Under the pieces are notes generated by a model. The model ran no database searches, was not told where the DNA came from, and saw only the letters and a list, made by a program, of their open reading frames with translations. A stretch of 64,000 bases of DNA, from assembly GCF_030144855.1 (NCBI RefSeq), contig NC_082733.1:5394001-5458000 (forward strand), read 5' to 3'. The translations under genes and the position numbers were made by a program. Below, piece after piece: positions 36,530 to 49,661 of the stretch (the stretch's first letter is position 1; every line of letters begins with the position of its first letter). This stretch comes from Hypanus sabinus (Eukaryota).

Positions 36530-39500
36530 GCCTTTCACCCTCTCTGCATCAATGGAAGCCTCACCATCAGAGCCGCAGACTGTTGTAGTCTGGCAGACTG
36601 ACCTCTAGCTTACAGAGGCCAGACACTTTCTCTTACTTGTTCTTTGAAAAGGACCTCACTCAGGGCCATCAAGAAATTGTCTGAGTCACCATCACCAACT
36701 TCATCAACCCTGGAGATCTCCTATCTACTGGCACCAACTGCATAGTTTCTTATATCCTTCTCAAGAATCACAAACTTGACTGTCCAGGTAGGCCCATTGT
36801 TTCTGCCTAGTCTGTGTACCTCATCTCCATTTTATTCCCCCTGGTTTAGTCACTTCCCACCTATATCTGCAATACTTCACATGATCTTGTTTTCCACAAC
36901 TTCCAATACTTTTGTCCTGATCACCTCAGTTTCACCATGGATGTCCATAAGACATAGGATCAGAATTAGGCCATCTGACCCATCGTCTGCTCCTTCATTC
37001 AATCATGCCTGATCCTTTTTTTCCCCTCCTCAACCACAGTTTCTGGCCTTCTCCCCATATCCTTTGATGCCATATCCAATTAAGAACTTACCAAGCTCTG
37101 CCTCATGAACTGGCCTCCTCAGCTGCATGTGGCAATAAATTCCACAAATTAACCACCCTTTGGCTAAAGAAATTTCTCTGCGTCTCTGTTTCGAAAGGGC
37201 AGCCCTCTATCCTGAGGCTGTTCCCTCTTGTCCTAGACACTCTCACCATGGGAAACATCCTTTCCACATCTACTCTGTCTAGGCCTTTCAACATTCGAAA
37301 GGTTTCAATGTGATTCTCTTCCCCCACCCCCCCATCCTTCTGAATTCCAGAATTCAAGTATGGACCCAGAGCCATCAAGAGTTCCTCATATGATAACCAT
37401 TTAATTCCTGGAATCATCCTTGTGAACCTCCTCTGGACTCTCTCCAATGCCAGCACATCTTTTCTAAGATGAGCGGCCCTGAACTGTTCACAATACTCAA
37501 GGTGAGGCCTCACCAGTGCCTTATAAAGCTTCAGCATCACATCCCTGCTCTTGTATTCTAGACCTCTTGAAATGAATGTTAACATGGCATTTGCCTCCCT
37601 CACCACCGACTCAACCTGCAAGTTAACCTATAGGGTGTTCTGCACAAGGACCTCCAAGTCCTTCTGCATCCCAGATTTTTTGGATTTTCTCCCTGTTTAG
37701 AAAATAGTCAGCACATTTATTTCTACTACCAAAGTGCATGACCATGCATTTTCCAACATTGTATTTCATTTGCCACTTTCTTGCCCATTCTCCTAATCTG
37801 TCTTGTCCTTCTGCATCCGACATGTATCCTCAACACTACCTGCCCTTCCACCAAGCTTCATATCATCTGCTAACTTGGCAACAAAGCCATCTATTCCATC
37901 ATCAAAATCATTTATATACAGCATAAAAACAAGTGGTCCCAACACTGACCCTTGCAGAACACCACTAGTCACTGGCAGCCAACCAGAAAAGGATCCTTTT
38001 ATTCCCACTCACTGCCTCCTACCAATCAGCCAATGATCTAACCATGTTAGTAATTTCCCTATAATACCATGGGCTCTCACCTTGGTAAGCAGTCTCATGT
38101 GGCACCTTGTCAAAGGCCCTTTGAAAGTACAAATATACAATATCCACTGCATCCCCTTTATCCTTGCTGTAACCTCCTCAAAAAATTCCAACAGGTTTGT
38201 CGGGCAGGATTTTCCCTGAAGGAAGCCATGTGGACTTTGTACTATCTTGTCCTGTGTCACCAAGTACTCTGTCACCTCATCCTTAACAATTGACCCTAAC
38301 ATTTTCCTGAAATGAAGTCAGGCTAACTGGTTTATAATTTCCTTTCTGCTGCCTTCCTCCTTTCTCAAAGAGTGGGGTGACGTTTGCAAATTTCCAGTAG
38401 TCTGGCAGCATGCTCCCCAACCCCGGGACTGCCGGATCATTTCTAATGCCACCACAATCTCCAGCACTACCTCTTTCAGAACCCCAGGGTGCAGTTCATC
38501 TGGTGACTTTTGTACCTTTACATCTTTCAGCTTTTTGAACACCTCTATTGTAATACTAACTGCATCCACTTCTCTTCCTTCACACATTACAACATCAGGC
38601 GTTCTACTAGTATCTACTACAGTGAAGACTTGCAGGATACTCAGTTAGTTTATCAACCATCTCCTTGTACTCTATTACTTCTCCTGCCTCATTTTCTCGT
38701 GGTCCTATATCCACTCTCATTTCTCTTTTATTTTTAACGTACTTGAAAAAGTTTTTACTATCCACTTTGATATTATTTGCTAGCTTGCTTTCCTGTTTCA
38801 TCTTTCCTCTTCAATAAGTTTTTTTGGTTGCTCTCTACATTTTGAAAAACTTCCAAATCCTCTATTGTGCCACTAATTTTTGCTTTGTTGTATGCCCTTT
38901 CTTTTGCTTCTGCAATAGCTTTGACCTCCCTTGTTTGCCATTGTTGATCTTATTTTACTGTTTGAGTACATATTTCTTCATTTTTGGAATACAAATGTCC
39001 TGCGCCTTCCTCATTTTTCCCAGCAACACATGCCATTGCTGCTCTGCAGACATCCCTGCCAGCATCTCCTTCCAGTTTATTTTGGCCAACTCCTCTCTCA
39101 TACAACTGTAATTTCCCTCACTCCACTGAAATACCGCTACATTAGACCTTAGTTTCTCCCTATTAAATTTCAAGTTGAACACAATCATATTGTGATCACT
39201 GGTTTCTAAGGGTTCTTTTACCTTTGGCTCCCTAATCGCCTTCGGTTCATTACATTACACTCAATCCAGTGTAGCTGATTAAGTAGGCTCAATGACAAAC
39301 TGCTCTAAAAAGGCATCTCTCAGGCATTCAACAAACTCACTCTTTTGACATCCATTACCAACCTGATTTTTCCAATTGACCTGCATGTTAAAATCTCCCA
39401 TGACTACCATAACTTTGCCCTTTTGACAGGCCTTTTCTATTTCCTGTTGTAACCTGTGGTCCACCTCCCAGCCATCAATTTCCTTTTACCCTTGCAGTTT

Positions 39501-42180
39501 CTTAACTCAACCCACAATGTCTTCCAATCCTATGTCACATCTTTCTACTGTTTTGATGCCGTTCTTTGCTAGTAGAGCCACTCCACCCCCTCTGCCTACC
39601 TTCTTATCACTCCGATATAATGTATAACCTTGCACATTCAGCTCCCAACTACAACCATCCTTCAGCCACCATTCAGTTATGGCTACAACATCATACTTGG
39701 CAATCTGTAGTAGTGCAACAAGATCATCCTCCTTATTTCTTGTACTATGCGCATTTAGATACAACACCTTGAGTATTGTATTTGCTATCCTTTCTGATTT
39801 TGCATCCCTAATGTTTTGATACTCAGCCTGTTGTCTGCAATTAAGTCCCATCACCTGGCTGCCCTTTCTGACAGTCTGACTGCATGCTATCTTGACTTTT
39901 TTACCATCTGTCTTATCCTTAGTCCTTTCACTCTGGTTCTCACCTCCCTGCCAAATTAGTTTAAACCCTCCCCAACAGCTCTAACAAACTTGCCCGCAAG
40001 AATATTGTTCTCCCTGGGGTTCAAGTCCAACCTGTCATTTTTGAACAGTTCATACCTCCCCCAGAAGAGATCCCAGTGATCCAAGAACCTGAAGCCCCGT
40101 GCCTTGCACCAGCTTCTCAACCACGCACTTATCTGCCTGTTTCTGCCCTCACTGGCGCATGTCACAGGTTGCAATCCAGCAGGAGGCTCTGCTTCTCAGC
40201 TTTCTATTTAGCTCTCTAAATTCTCTTTTCAGGACCTCTTTGCTTTTTTTCCCTATGTCATTGGTACCAATATGTATCAAGACATCTGGCTGCTCTCCCT
40301 CCCTCTGCAAAATGTTGGGAATGTGATCTGAGATGTCCTTGGCGCTGGCAACTGGGAGGCAACATACCATCCGGGTGTCCCGTTCACGTCCACAGAATCT
40401 CCTGCCTGTTCCCTCACTATTGAGCTCCCTATCACTACCACTCCCTTCTCTCTCTCCCTTTTGCTTCACGGCCAAATGCTTGGTGCCTGTAACTCGGTTG
40501 CCATGGCATTCTCCTGGGAGGTCATCCCCCACAAAAGTATTCAAAGTGATATACTAATTAAGGAGGGGAATGACCACAGATGTGCTGTGCTCTAACTGCC
40601 TATTTCCATTTCTCCTGACAGTCACCTAGCTACTCATCTCCTGCAACACTGGGGTGACTACTTCCCTGTAACTTTGATCAATTATTTCCTCACTCTCCCA
40701 TACAAGCCAGAGGTCATCCAGTTGTTGTTCCAGATCCCTAACATGGTCTTCAAGGAGCTGCAGCCGGATGCACTTCACACAGATGTAGTTCCTTGGGATA
40801 CTCTGGGTCTTCCAGTTCTCCAACATCTGGCACGAAGAATACAACACAGCTATTTAAATAGTACAGTAAGAGAGGAAAAAAAACTAAAAGGAAACCTTAA
40901 CAGGTGCCTTACATAGAGCTGAAGCTTCTTTTGATCCAAAGCCTGTCGCTTCTAGTCTCGCCACTGGCCTACTCCTGACAATGGCTGCTCTGCTTATCTC
41001 TTCTATACTGATAGGCCCCGTACAATGGACGTACACCCGCGAAGCTCTCTTTTTAAATAATTGCCACAGACCTGTGAGAAATACCTTTTCGTAAAGCTCT
41101 GTTGATGCCCCTGATAAGGCTGTGTACAAATCCCTTTACAGTTCTATTTCCCCTCGAGAAGACCTTAAAGCTCTCCGCTTCTTTTTCGACATTAGACCCT
41201 ACCAGTTCCCTTCCACCATCTGAACATCCACTTCATTTTCCTGCCAACTTAACTGGGATAGAGGGACAGGATAACAGGGATCCCTTAATTGATACAACAG
41301 GATTTATCTTGTCATCACCTACCACTCCATGAGCCTTCACATCCAACACATCATTCTCCACAACTTCTGCCTTCTTCAAACACCTCTTTACCTCCTTTGT
41401 GCTTTCAGATTTCCACAGGGATCACTCCCTCCATAATTCCCACCTAATCTCCCTACTGGCACTTAACCCTGCAAGTGGAAGAAGTGCTACACCTGCCCAT
41501 TCTCCTCCTCCCTTGCCTCCATTCAGGGCCCTTTGTTGAACACCTTTGCTCCATTCTCAAAAATCAGGATTTCCTGGTGGCCAAACACTTTCACTCCAAT
41601 CCCCATTCCCATTCTGATATGTTGCTCTATGCCCTTCTCTACTGCCATGATGAGGCCGCTTTCAGGTTGGAGGAGCATCATCTCATATTCTGTCTCAGTT
41701 GCATCCTGACCTGATGGCATGAACATCAATTTCTCCATCCTCTGGTAATTTCACCTCCCTCTTCCCTCATCTTTAATTTCCCCCTCTGGCCCCCTCTTCT
41801 CTTCTCTGCACCTGCCTATCACCCCCCTTCCTTTCTGTACTCCTTTCCTTTTTCCAATGGTCCAGTCTCCTCTCCTATCAGATTCCTTTTTGTCTAGCTG
41901 TTTACCTTTTCCACCTATTACCTCCTAGCTTCTTACTTCCATCCCCCTTTCACAGCTAGCTGGCTTCACCTATTACATTCCAGTTTATACTCCTTCCAAT
42001 CCCCCCATCTTCTTATTCTGGCACCTTTCCCCTTCTTTTCCTGGCCCGATGAGGGGTCTCGGTCTGAAACATCAACTGTTTATTCATTACCATAGATCCT
42101 ACTTGACCTGCTGAGTTCCACTAGGCTTTTATGTGTGTTGCTCTGGATTTTGAGCATCTGCAAAATCACTTGTGTTTATG
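36530..42180 (+). mobile_element. Penelope-like remnant split by the CR1 (~36530-36947 and ~41128-42180)
   Basis: VVVWQTDL and GRPIVS-like RT remnants on the left; GIY-YIG C-terminus (VEHLCS...RLEEHHLIFCL) and a degenerate hammerhead (42041-42078) on the right. Confidence 0.78.
36948..41127 (-). mobile_element. Near full-length degenerate CR1 LINE in TEX9 intron 1, inserted into a Penelope-like remnant
   Basis: ORF1 Cys-motif and SGNH esterase remnants (VCCLP...IHIGTNDIG, 40149-40847); ORF2 endonuclease (YLNAHS..., GDFNM) and RT (QGSVLGP...ADD; LVRPHLEYC). The Penelope RT text ...ATGGATGTCCA| resumes as |AATCCCTTTACA. Confidence 0.9.
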
Positions 42181-43059
42181 GGTTAATGTTTATTAGGTTT
42201 TTTATTCACTGTCATTTGATCAATGTAGATTTGTCACTATGATAGCTGGGACTTACGCAGATTAAATTTCAACAAAATAAAGACAAACCCGGGCTGATAA
42301 AGACCAGAAAATACTGAGGTTATTTTCTTCCATAACAATGGCACTTATTTTTGGTGAATAGTCACACTTATGTCATAATGTTGGGTCATTAAGCAAGACC
42401 ATATAAAAAATATTTATTGTACTCTCTTGAATCAACTTTTGGCCTGTAATTAATGGGCCCCAACGGGCTTCATGGCTGTGGATTCACTTTCGTGAATTTC
42501 CGTTCTGAATGTCATTTGCTTAGTTTTATTGTTTGCATGGTTTTTTTTCTTCTGCACCTTGGGTGTTTGATGGTCGTTTTTTTAAAGGGTTCTTTCTATT
42601 GATTTTCTTTGTTCTGTGGCTGCCTGTAAGGAGGCGAATCTCAAGGTTGTACATACTTGTATTCGTACTTTGATAATAATTATACTTCTAAAGTGGTTTG
42701 CATTCATTGAAATACTCTTGAAACTTAAACCTGACACAAACTTCAGTCTCCAGCTATTGACCCCCCGACCCCCCCCCCCTTTATCTTCCTGGCAATTGTA
42801 AGAAAGTTCAATTAGATTGTTTGCAACAGTAGTATCATATTTCACCTAAGATGAACTTCAGTTCATTATATACATGCCATCACGAAGACAGACAGTTCAT
42901 TTCTATTTGAATTTTTTGTTGTGCCTCAGCTCTTTTGCTGAAGGTCTCATTCATGCTTTTGTTACCTCAATACTTAACTGTTTATTGCAGTTTTGGATGG
43001 CCTCTTTTTTCCCAATAAAGGTAATCCAAAACTCTGCTGTCTGCCTCGTAATTTTCATT

Positions 43060-43640
43060 GAATTATAGATGCAGCAGGCAATGGAAGAGGCTTGAATACA
43101 AGAAAATGTTTTCTAATAATTATATAGGGCCCTGATGAAAGTCACCTGGGATAATGTGTACACTTTTTGTTTTGGTTTCTAAATAAGATACTGTACTTGT
43201 TTTCTAGTTTTGGAGGAAGCACAGCAAAGATTCATGAATAATGGGTAAATGGTATTAAGCCGACCAGAATATTAGTTCACTGCAACATTCTGGGCCGAAG
43301 GGCCTGTTTATGTGCTGCATTGCTCTATGTTCTACAAGCCCTCTGCACAATTTAGAAGGATGAGGGGTGACCTAGTTGAAGCATACAAACTTCTTAAAGA
43401 GCCAGGCAGGGTGACTACAGAAAGAATATTTTCTCTTCCTGTGGAGTCCAGAACTGGGCTTTATTATCTCAGGATGTAGATAGAGGCTGGCCATTTAAGA
43501 GTGAAATGGGGAAAGATTTCTTCACTCAGACCATGGGGAATCTCTGAAATTCTGTATCCTGGATTGTTGTTGAGGCTTACTGAATAATTGAATTCAAAAT
43601 TGAGATACATAAATACAGTAGATATGTGGATAGGGCAGGA
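43060..43640 (+). mobile_element. Old CR1 3' fragments
   Basis: AGAAGGATGAGGGGTGACCT (RR-RGDL) motif and a CR1 3' tail GGGCCGAAGGGCCTGT...CTATGTTCTA. Confidence 0.65.
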
Positions 43641-44299
43641 AAGTTGTATCAAGATAGATGAGTCACCTACATCTGCTCCTATTTCAGGTTTTTCCATCAC
43701 TCCTGCGCTTTCTGGTCTACCTTGCTCCCAATAAACAAACATCACATGGTTATTACTTTGTTGGCTACACCCTTATTATCTTCAGCTGCTTCATTCCTTA
43801 TAATTTCTATGTCAGTTACCTCTAAGGTATCAGCATTCTTCCAATTTTCAAGCTTCAATTTAATCACTTCATTGCTGAAAGCGGTGCCATGAGTTGTTAA
43901 GGCCTTGTACTCTGGAATTCTCTCCAAAGTACTTCTGCCTCTCATTTTTTCCAATTCTTTTTTATGTCACTCCCTAAAACCCACTTTTGACCAAGTTTTA
44001 TTTTCATCTGCTGTAATATCATCTAATGTGTTTTTTTAAAAAATTAACATTTGTGGAATGCTTTGTACCGAAAAGGCATTGCATGAATGAAAGTTAGCAC
44101 TGTTATAAGAAAACTGATGATGAACGGTAGTGGCAGCAAAGATAATTAAGTTGAGAAAGAATTTTGGTGGGACTCTGCAAGGAACCTACCTAATCATTTT
44201 CAAAACACCCTGTTTGAAAGTTTGCACCTCCAGCAGTGCACCACTCTCTAAATGCAGAGGCGATAAATATACTTTTATTGAATATGGTAAAACTCATGA

Positions 44300-44990
44300 T
44301 AAATGCACACAAAGTGCTGTGGGCAGCATCTCTGTGAATGAATAGGAAATGAACTTATGGAAAGTTCATGTTTGGGACTGAGACCCTTAATCAGGACTGG
44401 AAAGGAATGGGGAGGCCAGTAGAATGAAAAGGTAGGGGTAGGGGAAGAAGGACAAGCTAAAAGGTGATAGGTAGAAAAAGTAAAGGGCTGCAAAGGAAGG
44501 AACCTGATGGGAGAGTAGAATGGAGCATGGGAGAAAGAGAAGGAGAGGTACCAAGGAGGTCTGATAGGTGGGTGACAAGGTGAGGCACCAAGGAGATCTG
44601 ATAGGTGGGTGACAAGAGGTAAGAAGCCAGATTGGGAAGGGAAGGGGGAGGGAGAAAAATTGCTGGAAGGAGAAAATTGATGTTCATGTCATCAGGTTGG
44701 AAGCTATCTAGATGGAATATATGGTGTTGCTCCTCCACTCTGAGAATGGCCTCATAGTCAGAAAAGAGGAGACCATGTTGGAACTGGAATGATAGGAATT
44801 AAAATAGTTGGACACTGGGAAATTCTGGTTTTGGCAGATGGAACAGAGGTGCTTGACAAAGCAATCTCCCAATTTACATCAAGTCTCACCAGTGTAGAGG
44901 AGCTGTGTCTGGAGCACTGGATACATGACAGCACTCTGATAATCCATTTGACCACTTGGAAATTCCAATGGCTTGTCATCTGACTCACCA
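44300..44990 (-). mobile_element. Penelope-like 3' fragment
   Basis: EEQHHIFHLDSFQPDDMNIN (44457-44738); degenerate hammerhead at ~44362-44399; internal ~30-bp duplication near 44550-44616. Confidence 0.82.
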
Positions 44991-45117
44991 GGTGATATTT
45001 GGCACTATTCCTGTCCACTTTCTGGGTCCTAGGTTCCCATGAAACACATCCTCACAAAGGTCCAAGATCTTGCCCTCTCTGCCCATTAATTGGGACTTAG
45101 GTTTCTACCATCCCATC

Positions 45118-45862
45118 AACACGTACAAACAAGCTGGATGAACTCAGCAGGTCATGCAGCATCTGTTGAAACGAGCAGTCAACGTTTTTGGCCGAGACCC
45201 TTCGTCAAGACCAAAGAAGGAGGGGGTGGGGCTCTATAAAGAAGGTGGGGAGAGAGTGGAAGATGCCAGGTGAAAAACCAATCAGGAAAGATCAAGGGGT
45301 GGGGAGGGGATAGGCAGGAGAGGTGAAGGAATGTAAGGGGATGTAAGGTAGTCACCCACTTCAACTCTGCTTCACATTCCTATTCGGATATGTCCATACA
45401 TGGCCTCCTCTACTGCCATGACGAGGCCACACTCAGGTTGGAGGAGCAACACCTCATATACCGTATGGGTAGTCTCCAGCCCCTTGGTATGAACATCGAA
45501 TTCTCCAACTTCCAGTAATTCCCTCCCTCTCCCTTCCCCCATCCCACTTTCACTCTGCCTGCTCTTCCAGCTGCTTATCAGCTGTCTCATGATTTTGCCA
45601 CCTTCTGCTACCCATAGTGCTTTCCCCTTACATCCTTCTTCACCTATCTTGCCTATCCCCTCCCTGCTTCCCCTCCCCCACCCCTTGATCTTTCCTCTGA
45701 TTGGTTTTTCCCCTGGCACCTTCCACTCTCCCCCCCTCCTTCTTCAGTCCTGACGAAGGGTCTCGGCCCGAAACGTTGACTGCTCATTTTAACGGATGCT
45801 GAGTTCATCCAGCTTGTTTGTACATGTTGATTTGAACACAGCATCTGCAGTGTACTTTGTGT
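45118..45862 (+). mobile_element. Penelope-like element with long inverted termini around a GIY-YIG C-terminal fragment
   Basis: ~45118-45345 is the reverse complement of ~45625-45830. Flanking imperfect repeats TTTCTACCATCCCATC (45102-45117) and TTTCTACTGTCCTATC (45863-45878). Confidence 0.87.
45745..45782 (+). ncRNA. Minimal type I hammerhead ribozyme motif (Penelope-associated)
   Basis: Stem I CAGTC/GACTG, core CTGACGA plus an extra A, stem II GGGT-CTCG-GCCC, GAAA, 1-bp stem III with palindromic ACGT, cleavage triplet GTT. Confidence 0.8.
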
Positions 45863-46357
45863 TTTCTACTGTCCTATCTACTTGCTGGGTCTCTGGTTCC
45901 TTTGCACATGTTGAGGATGTGTGTGCTCATTTTCTGGCCACTTGCTGCAGACCCAGTTCCCTCACTCCCTTGTTCTTTCTCACATGTTCTATCAACAGGT
46001 TCACTTTGTAACATCTTTGTTTAAAAAAATGATTTAAAGGTGTGTTGGAGTGTAAAAAGAACTATCCAATAGTCTGGAATATCATCTTGTCCAGCACCAC
46101 CAAAATCCTGAGCCTGCCAGAGATTAACCAGACTTTCACTGTAGAATGAACATGAAGTGTATGTAAGTAGGGTGTGTTATGTTTCACATATCCAGACTAC
46201 AGCTTGTTGTAATAGATTCAACCTAACAGCATGTTTCATAATTACTTGTTCAGGTTTTCCTGATTGTGTTTCATCAATTTATTTCTTTTTTCGCCACTGA
46301 TACAAAAAGAAGTTCAATGATTTTTTTTGTATTGGTTTTGGGTTCTTTTAAATCCAG

Positions 46358-46452
46358 GCAAAGAAAGCTCTTTCCAGTAGACCTGGCTCCCTTCCATCAG
46401 CTTCAGGAAAGAAAGCTCCTCCAGATTTACTTGCTAAAGAAGAAGAGTACAA
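46358..46452 (+). CDS. TEX9: TEX9 exon 2 (AKKALSSRPGSLPSASGKKAPPDLLAKEEEY-K)
   Basis: Polypyrimidine tract and CAG acceptor, AA|GTACGA donor; PDLLAKEEEYK matches TEX9 PDLLALEEEYK. Confidence 0.92.
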
Positions 46453-46588
46453 GTACGAATATTTTTCCACATTAATTTATATGCTATATGTGCTAATTCA
46501 TTGTCTGAATTCTGCTTTAGTTTGAATGTGCAATCAGTGTTATGTAAGAAATGAAATTATTTTAATGTAACATTTCATATGTAATTAG

Positions 46589-46652
46589 GAAATTAAATGC
46601 AGAGCTGGAAGCAAAAACAGCTGAACTGGTTCGGCAAGCTGAAGAAGTTATG
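46589..46652 (+). CDS. TEX9: TEX9 exon 3 (KLNAELEAKTAELVRQAEEVM)
   Basis: TAG acceptor, ATG|GTGAGT donor, phase consistent with exon 2; matches the TEX9 coiled coil [21 protein letters not shown]. Confidence 0.94.
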
Positions 46653-47349
46653 GTGAGTTTAGCTGACAAGTGAAGGATAATATTTCAAATTGCTGTTCTG
46701 TCGTTACAGGGATTTTTTTCTTCTTTCACAGAAATTTTTTCCTGTTTTAGTGGAAAGGAACTAATGCAGAGTTTAGATGTTGCCTTAATGCTGTCTTTAA
46801 TTGATTTAATAATATGTACAATGAGCAGTATGGAAAAGTGCTGTCAGTTTATGATTTGTATGACTTCAAAGTTAATTGAAGTGCAAATTTTTAATTAGGA
46901 ATCTGCAGCATTGTGTGTTTTGATTATGGAATAATTGCTTAATATCTAATTAATATTCATACCATTGAACTTGAGCCATGCTAAAATGTACTAGTAAAAT
47001 AGTGCCTCCAAATAGTTATTTATCTCACAGACAGTATACTTTTTGCCTTTTTAACTGTGCATTATATTACCTATACTTAAAAACATTATATGGTGGCAAG
47101 GCTAGGTAATCTTAATCCCTGGAGAATGAAGCTTTTATGTTATTTTATTCTGATCCCTTTCAGCAAATCTTCTAACACTTTTTTGGTGATGGTTTGGATG
47201 TCTTAACCTGTCTCATGCTTGAGAGCCAGGGTTATTAAATATATTTAAATCATTTGTTAATTTGGGATTGAAATGTCAAGAGGGGTTTACCAACATTTGA
47301 TATACCTGTCAGCTAAATGTAGACAATGACTATGAGAGTGCAGAATTTT

Positions 47350-47975
47350 GACAGACAGACAGGCAGACAGGCAGACATACTTTATTGATCCTGAGGGAAA
47401 TTGGGTTTTGTTACAGTCGCACCAACCAAGAATAGGTAGAAATATAGCAATATAAAACCATAAATAATTAAATAATAATAAGTAAATTAGGCCTAGTGGA
47501 AATTAGTCCAGGACCAGCCTATTGGCTCAGGATGTCTGACACTCTGAGGGAGGAGGTGTAAAGTTTGATGGCCACGGGCAGGAATGACTTCCTATGACGC
47601 TCAGTGTTGCATCTCAGTGGAATGAGTCTCTGGCTGAATGTACGCCTGTGCCTAACCAGTACATTATGGAGTGGATGGGAGACATTGTCCAAGATGGCAT
47701 GCAACTTGGACAGCATCCTCTTTTCAGACACCACCGTCAGAGAGTCCAGTTCCTCCCCCAACAACATCACTGGCCTTACGAATGAGTTTGTTGATTCTGT
47801 TGGTGTCTGCTACCCTCAGCTTGCTGCCCCAGCCCACAACAACAAACATGATAGCACTGGCCACCTCAGCCTCATAGAACATCCTCAGCATCGTCTGGCA
47901 GATGTTAAAGGACCTCAGTCTCCTCAGGAAATAGAGGCGGCTCTGACCCTTCTTGTAGACAGCCTCAGTGTTCTT
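47350..47975 (-). mobile_element. Rex1/Babar-like LINE 3' fragment
   Basis: RMLSKLHAILDNVSHPLH...TERHRKSFLPVAIKLY; (CAGA)n tail. Confidence 0.85.
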
Positions 47976-48885
47976 TGGTTTGTGCAGCTTATTGGCACTT
48001 CTTGGAAGCAGTGGAGGAACCTGAGTGTTTTCTGACTACTTAAGCAAGTCTGCTGCTTTGAATGTTTTCCTACCCTATCCCTTTTGCAATGCCAAGTTTA
48101 TTCATGATCTTTTCCCCTCACTGCCCTTAAAACCATTCTCAGCCAGGAAAGGCAAGTGATCACCTTTGCTTATTAATTGAATCACCATCAGGACTGGCAA
48201 TGTGTTCAGAGCTCTCTTTGGACTTTTATAGTAGTATCATTTCAGCAGTGTTGTAGATTTGAGGACTTTGAACATGGAACTTTGTCCAGTCCCTTGCCAC
48301 CTACAACAAGGATACCTTCCATGCTCTCCACCATTTTAACAGCTTTCAGTTCCCTGGCCCTCACTACCTTTTCTTCACTGTATGTTAGCAAGGTTAAATT
48401 TGTTATAAACTTTTCACATTTCACTTCAATCTGTGCCTTTTAGTATTTGAGATTTCTGCTCTTGGAAAAAGATTGATTACCAACTGTACCCACGCCAGTC
48501 ATAATTCTATCAAGTTGATCCTCAGCCTCTCATGCTTCAGAGAGAACAATCCAATTTTAAACATTCTGGGCTAGGAACTTTAATGTCCCTAAAATGGTGC
48601 TTCAAAGGAGCACTACAAGGGAGACCTATGCTAGCTTTTTCCAAAGTTTCCAGCATCAAAATTCCACTGTGCCCAAAATCTGAAGTGTCACCTATAGAAA
48701 ATCAAGTCTTTCAGGCTTTGTATGCACAAAGGCCTTTCCTCCTCCACTTTCCATTGCAAGGGATAGAGGTGCTGAACCAAGAGAGGATTGAGTCAGCTGA
48801 AGGGAGGAAAATGTGGGAGGTGGGAAGGTGTCTGTTAGTGATGCAGCAGCTGGTGGTTAGTGATTGGGTAGAGAGCACAAATAAA

Positions 48886-49661
48886 TGTTTTGGTAGCTCC
48901 ATTTAATATCAGAGAATGTATACAGTGTACAATCTGAAACCTTGCTGTTCGCATACATCCATGAAAGTAGGAGAACCCCAAAGATGGTAGAACCACAAAG
49001 CCCCCACCCCCTGTGTACAAGCAGCAGCAAAGCTTCAACACTTCCTCCCTCCCCTCCTCCACTTATTTCAGCGGGAAGCATCAGCACCCAGCACGCAAAT
49101 AATAGCAACCTTCCCCCCCCCTCCCCCCAAGAGAGATCATGATCTTCAATCCAACAAAAGCTAATTGTTCACCCAACAGTTCAACATGCCACAGGCTCTC
49201 TTTCTGTCCCTAACAATAGGCAGGGAGGTGTCTCCCCTTTTCCACAGTGAGAGGGGAGAACAACAAAACACAACAGCTTGTTGATTATGAATTTTCTGAC
49301 TCAAAAGCTGGCATATTGCTCTCTTCAAAATGAATACAGAGGCCCCCAACCACAGATCTGTTGCAGTGCAATGTTCCATTTCTCCTGTGATGCCTCAATC
49401 GGTGACACTGGCATGGAACCGGTTCATCTGCAGAGCCTTACCCGAAAGGCACACATCCTGGGGATATTGAAAAAAGCCCGTCGGTAAGCTCCGGGCACAG
49501 GAACTGCAGTAAAGAACCACAGTTTGGTTGCAGCTATAGATCACAGACTCCAACAGAACCCCATCCATCTTAAAAAGGAGAAAAAGAGACATTAAAGGAA
49601 GGTAATTAAGTTGTTTCACAGATGAGCTTGAACAAGCCACCCTCTGGCAACATCTTAGCTC
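48886..49661 (-). mobile_element. Apparently non-coding ~775-bp retroposon with a 10-bp TSD
   Basis: CACAAATAAA at 48876-48885 and 49662-49671; its 3' end resembles other dispersed repeats in the window (e.g. ~8680-8750, ~61660-61860); no RT motifs. Confidence 0.6.
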
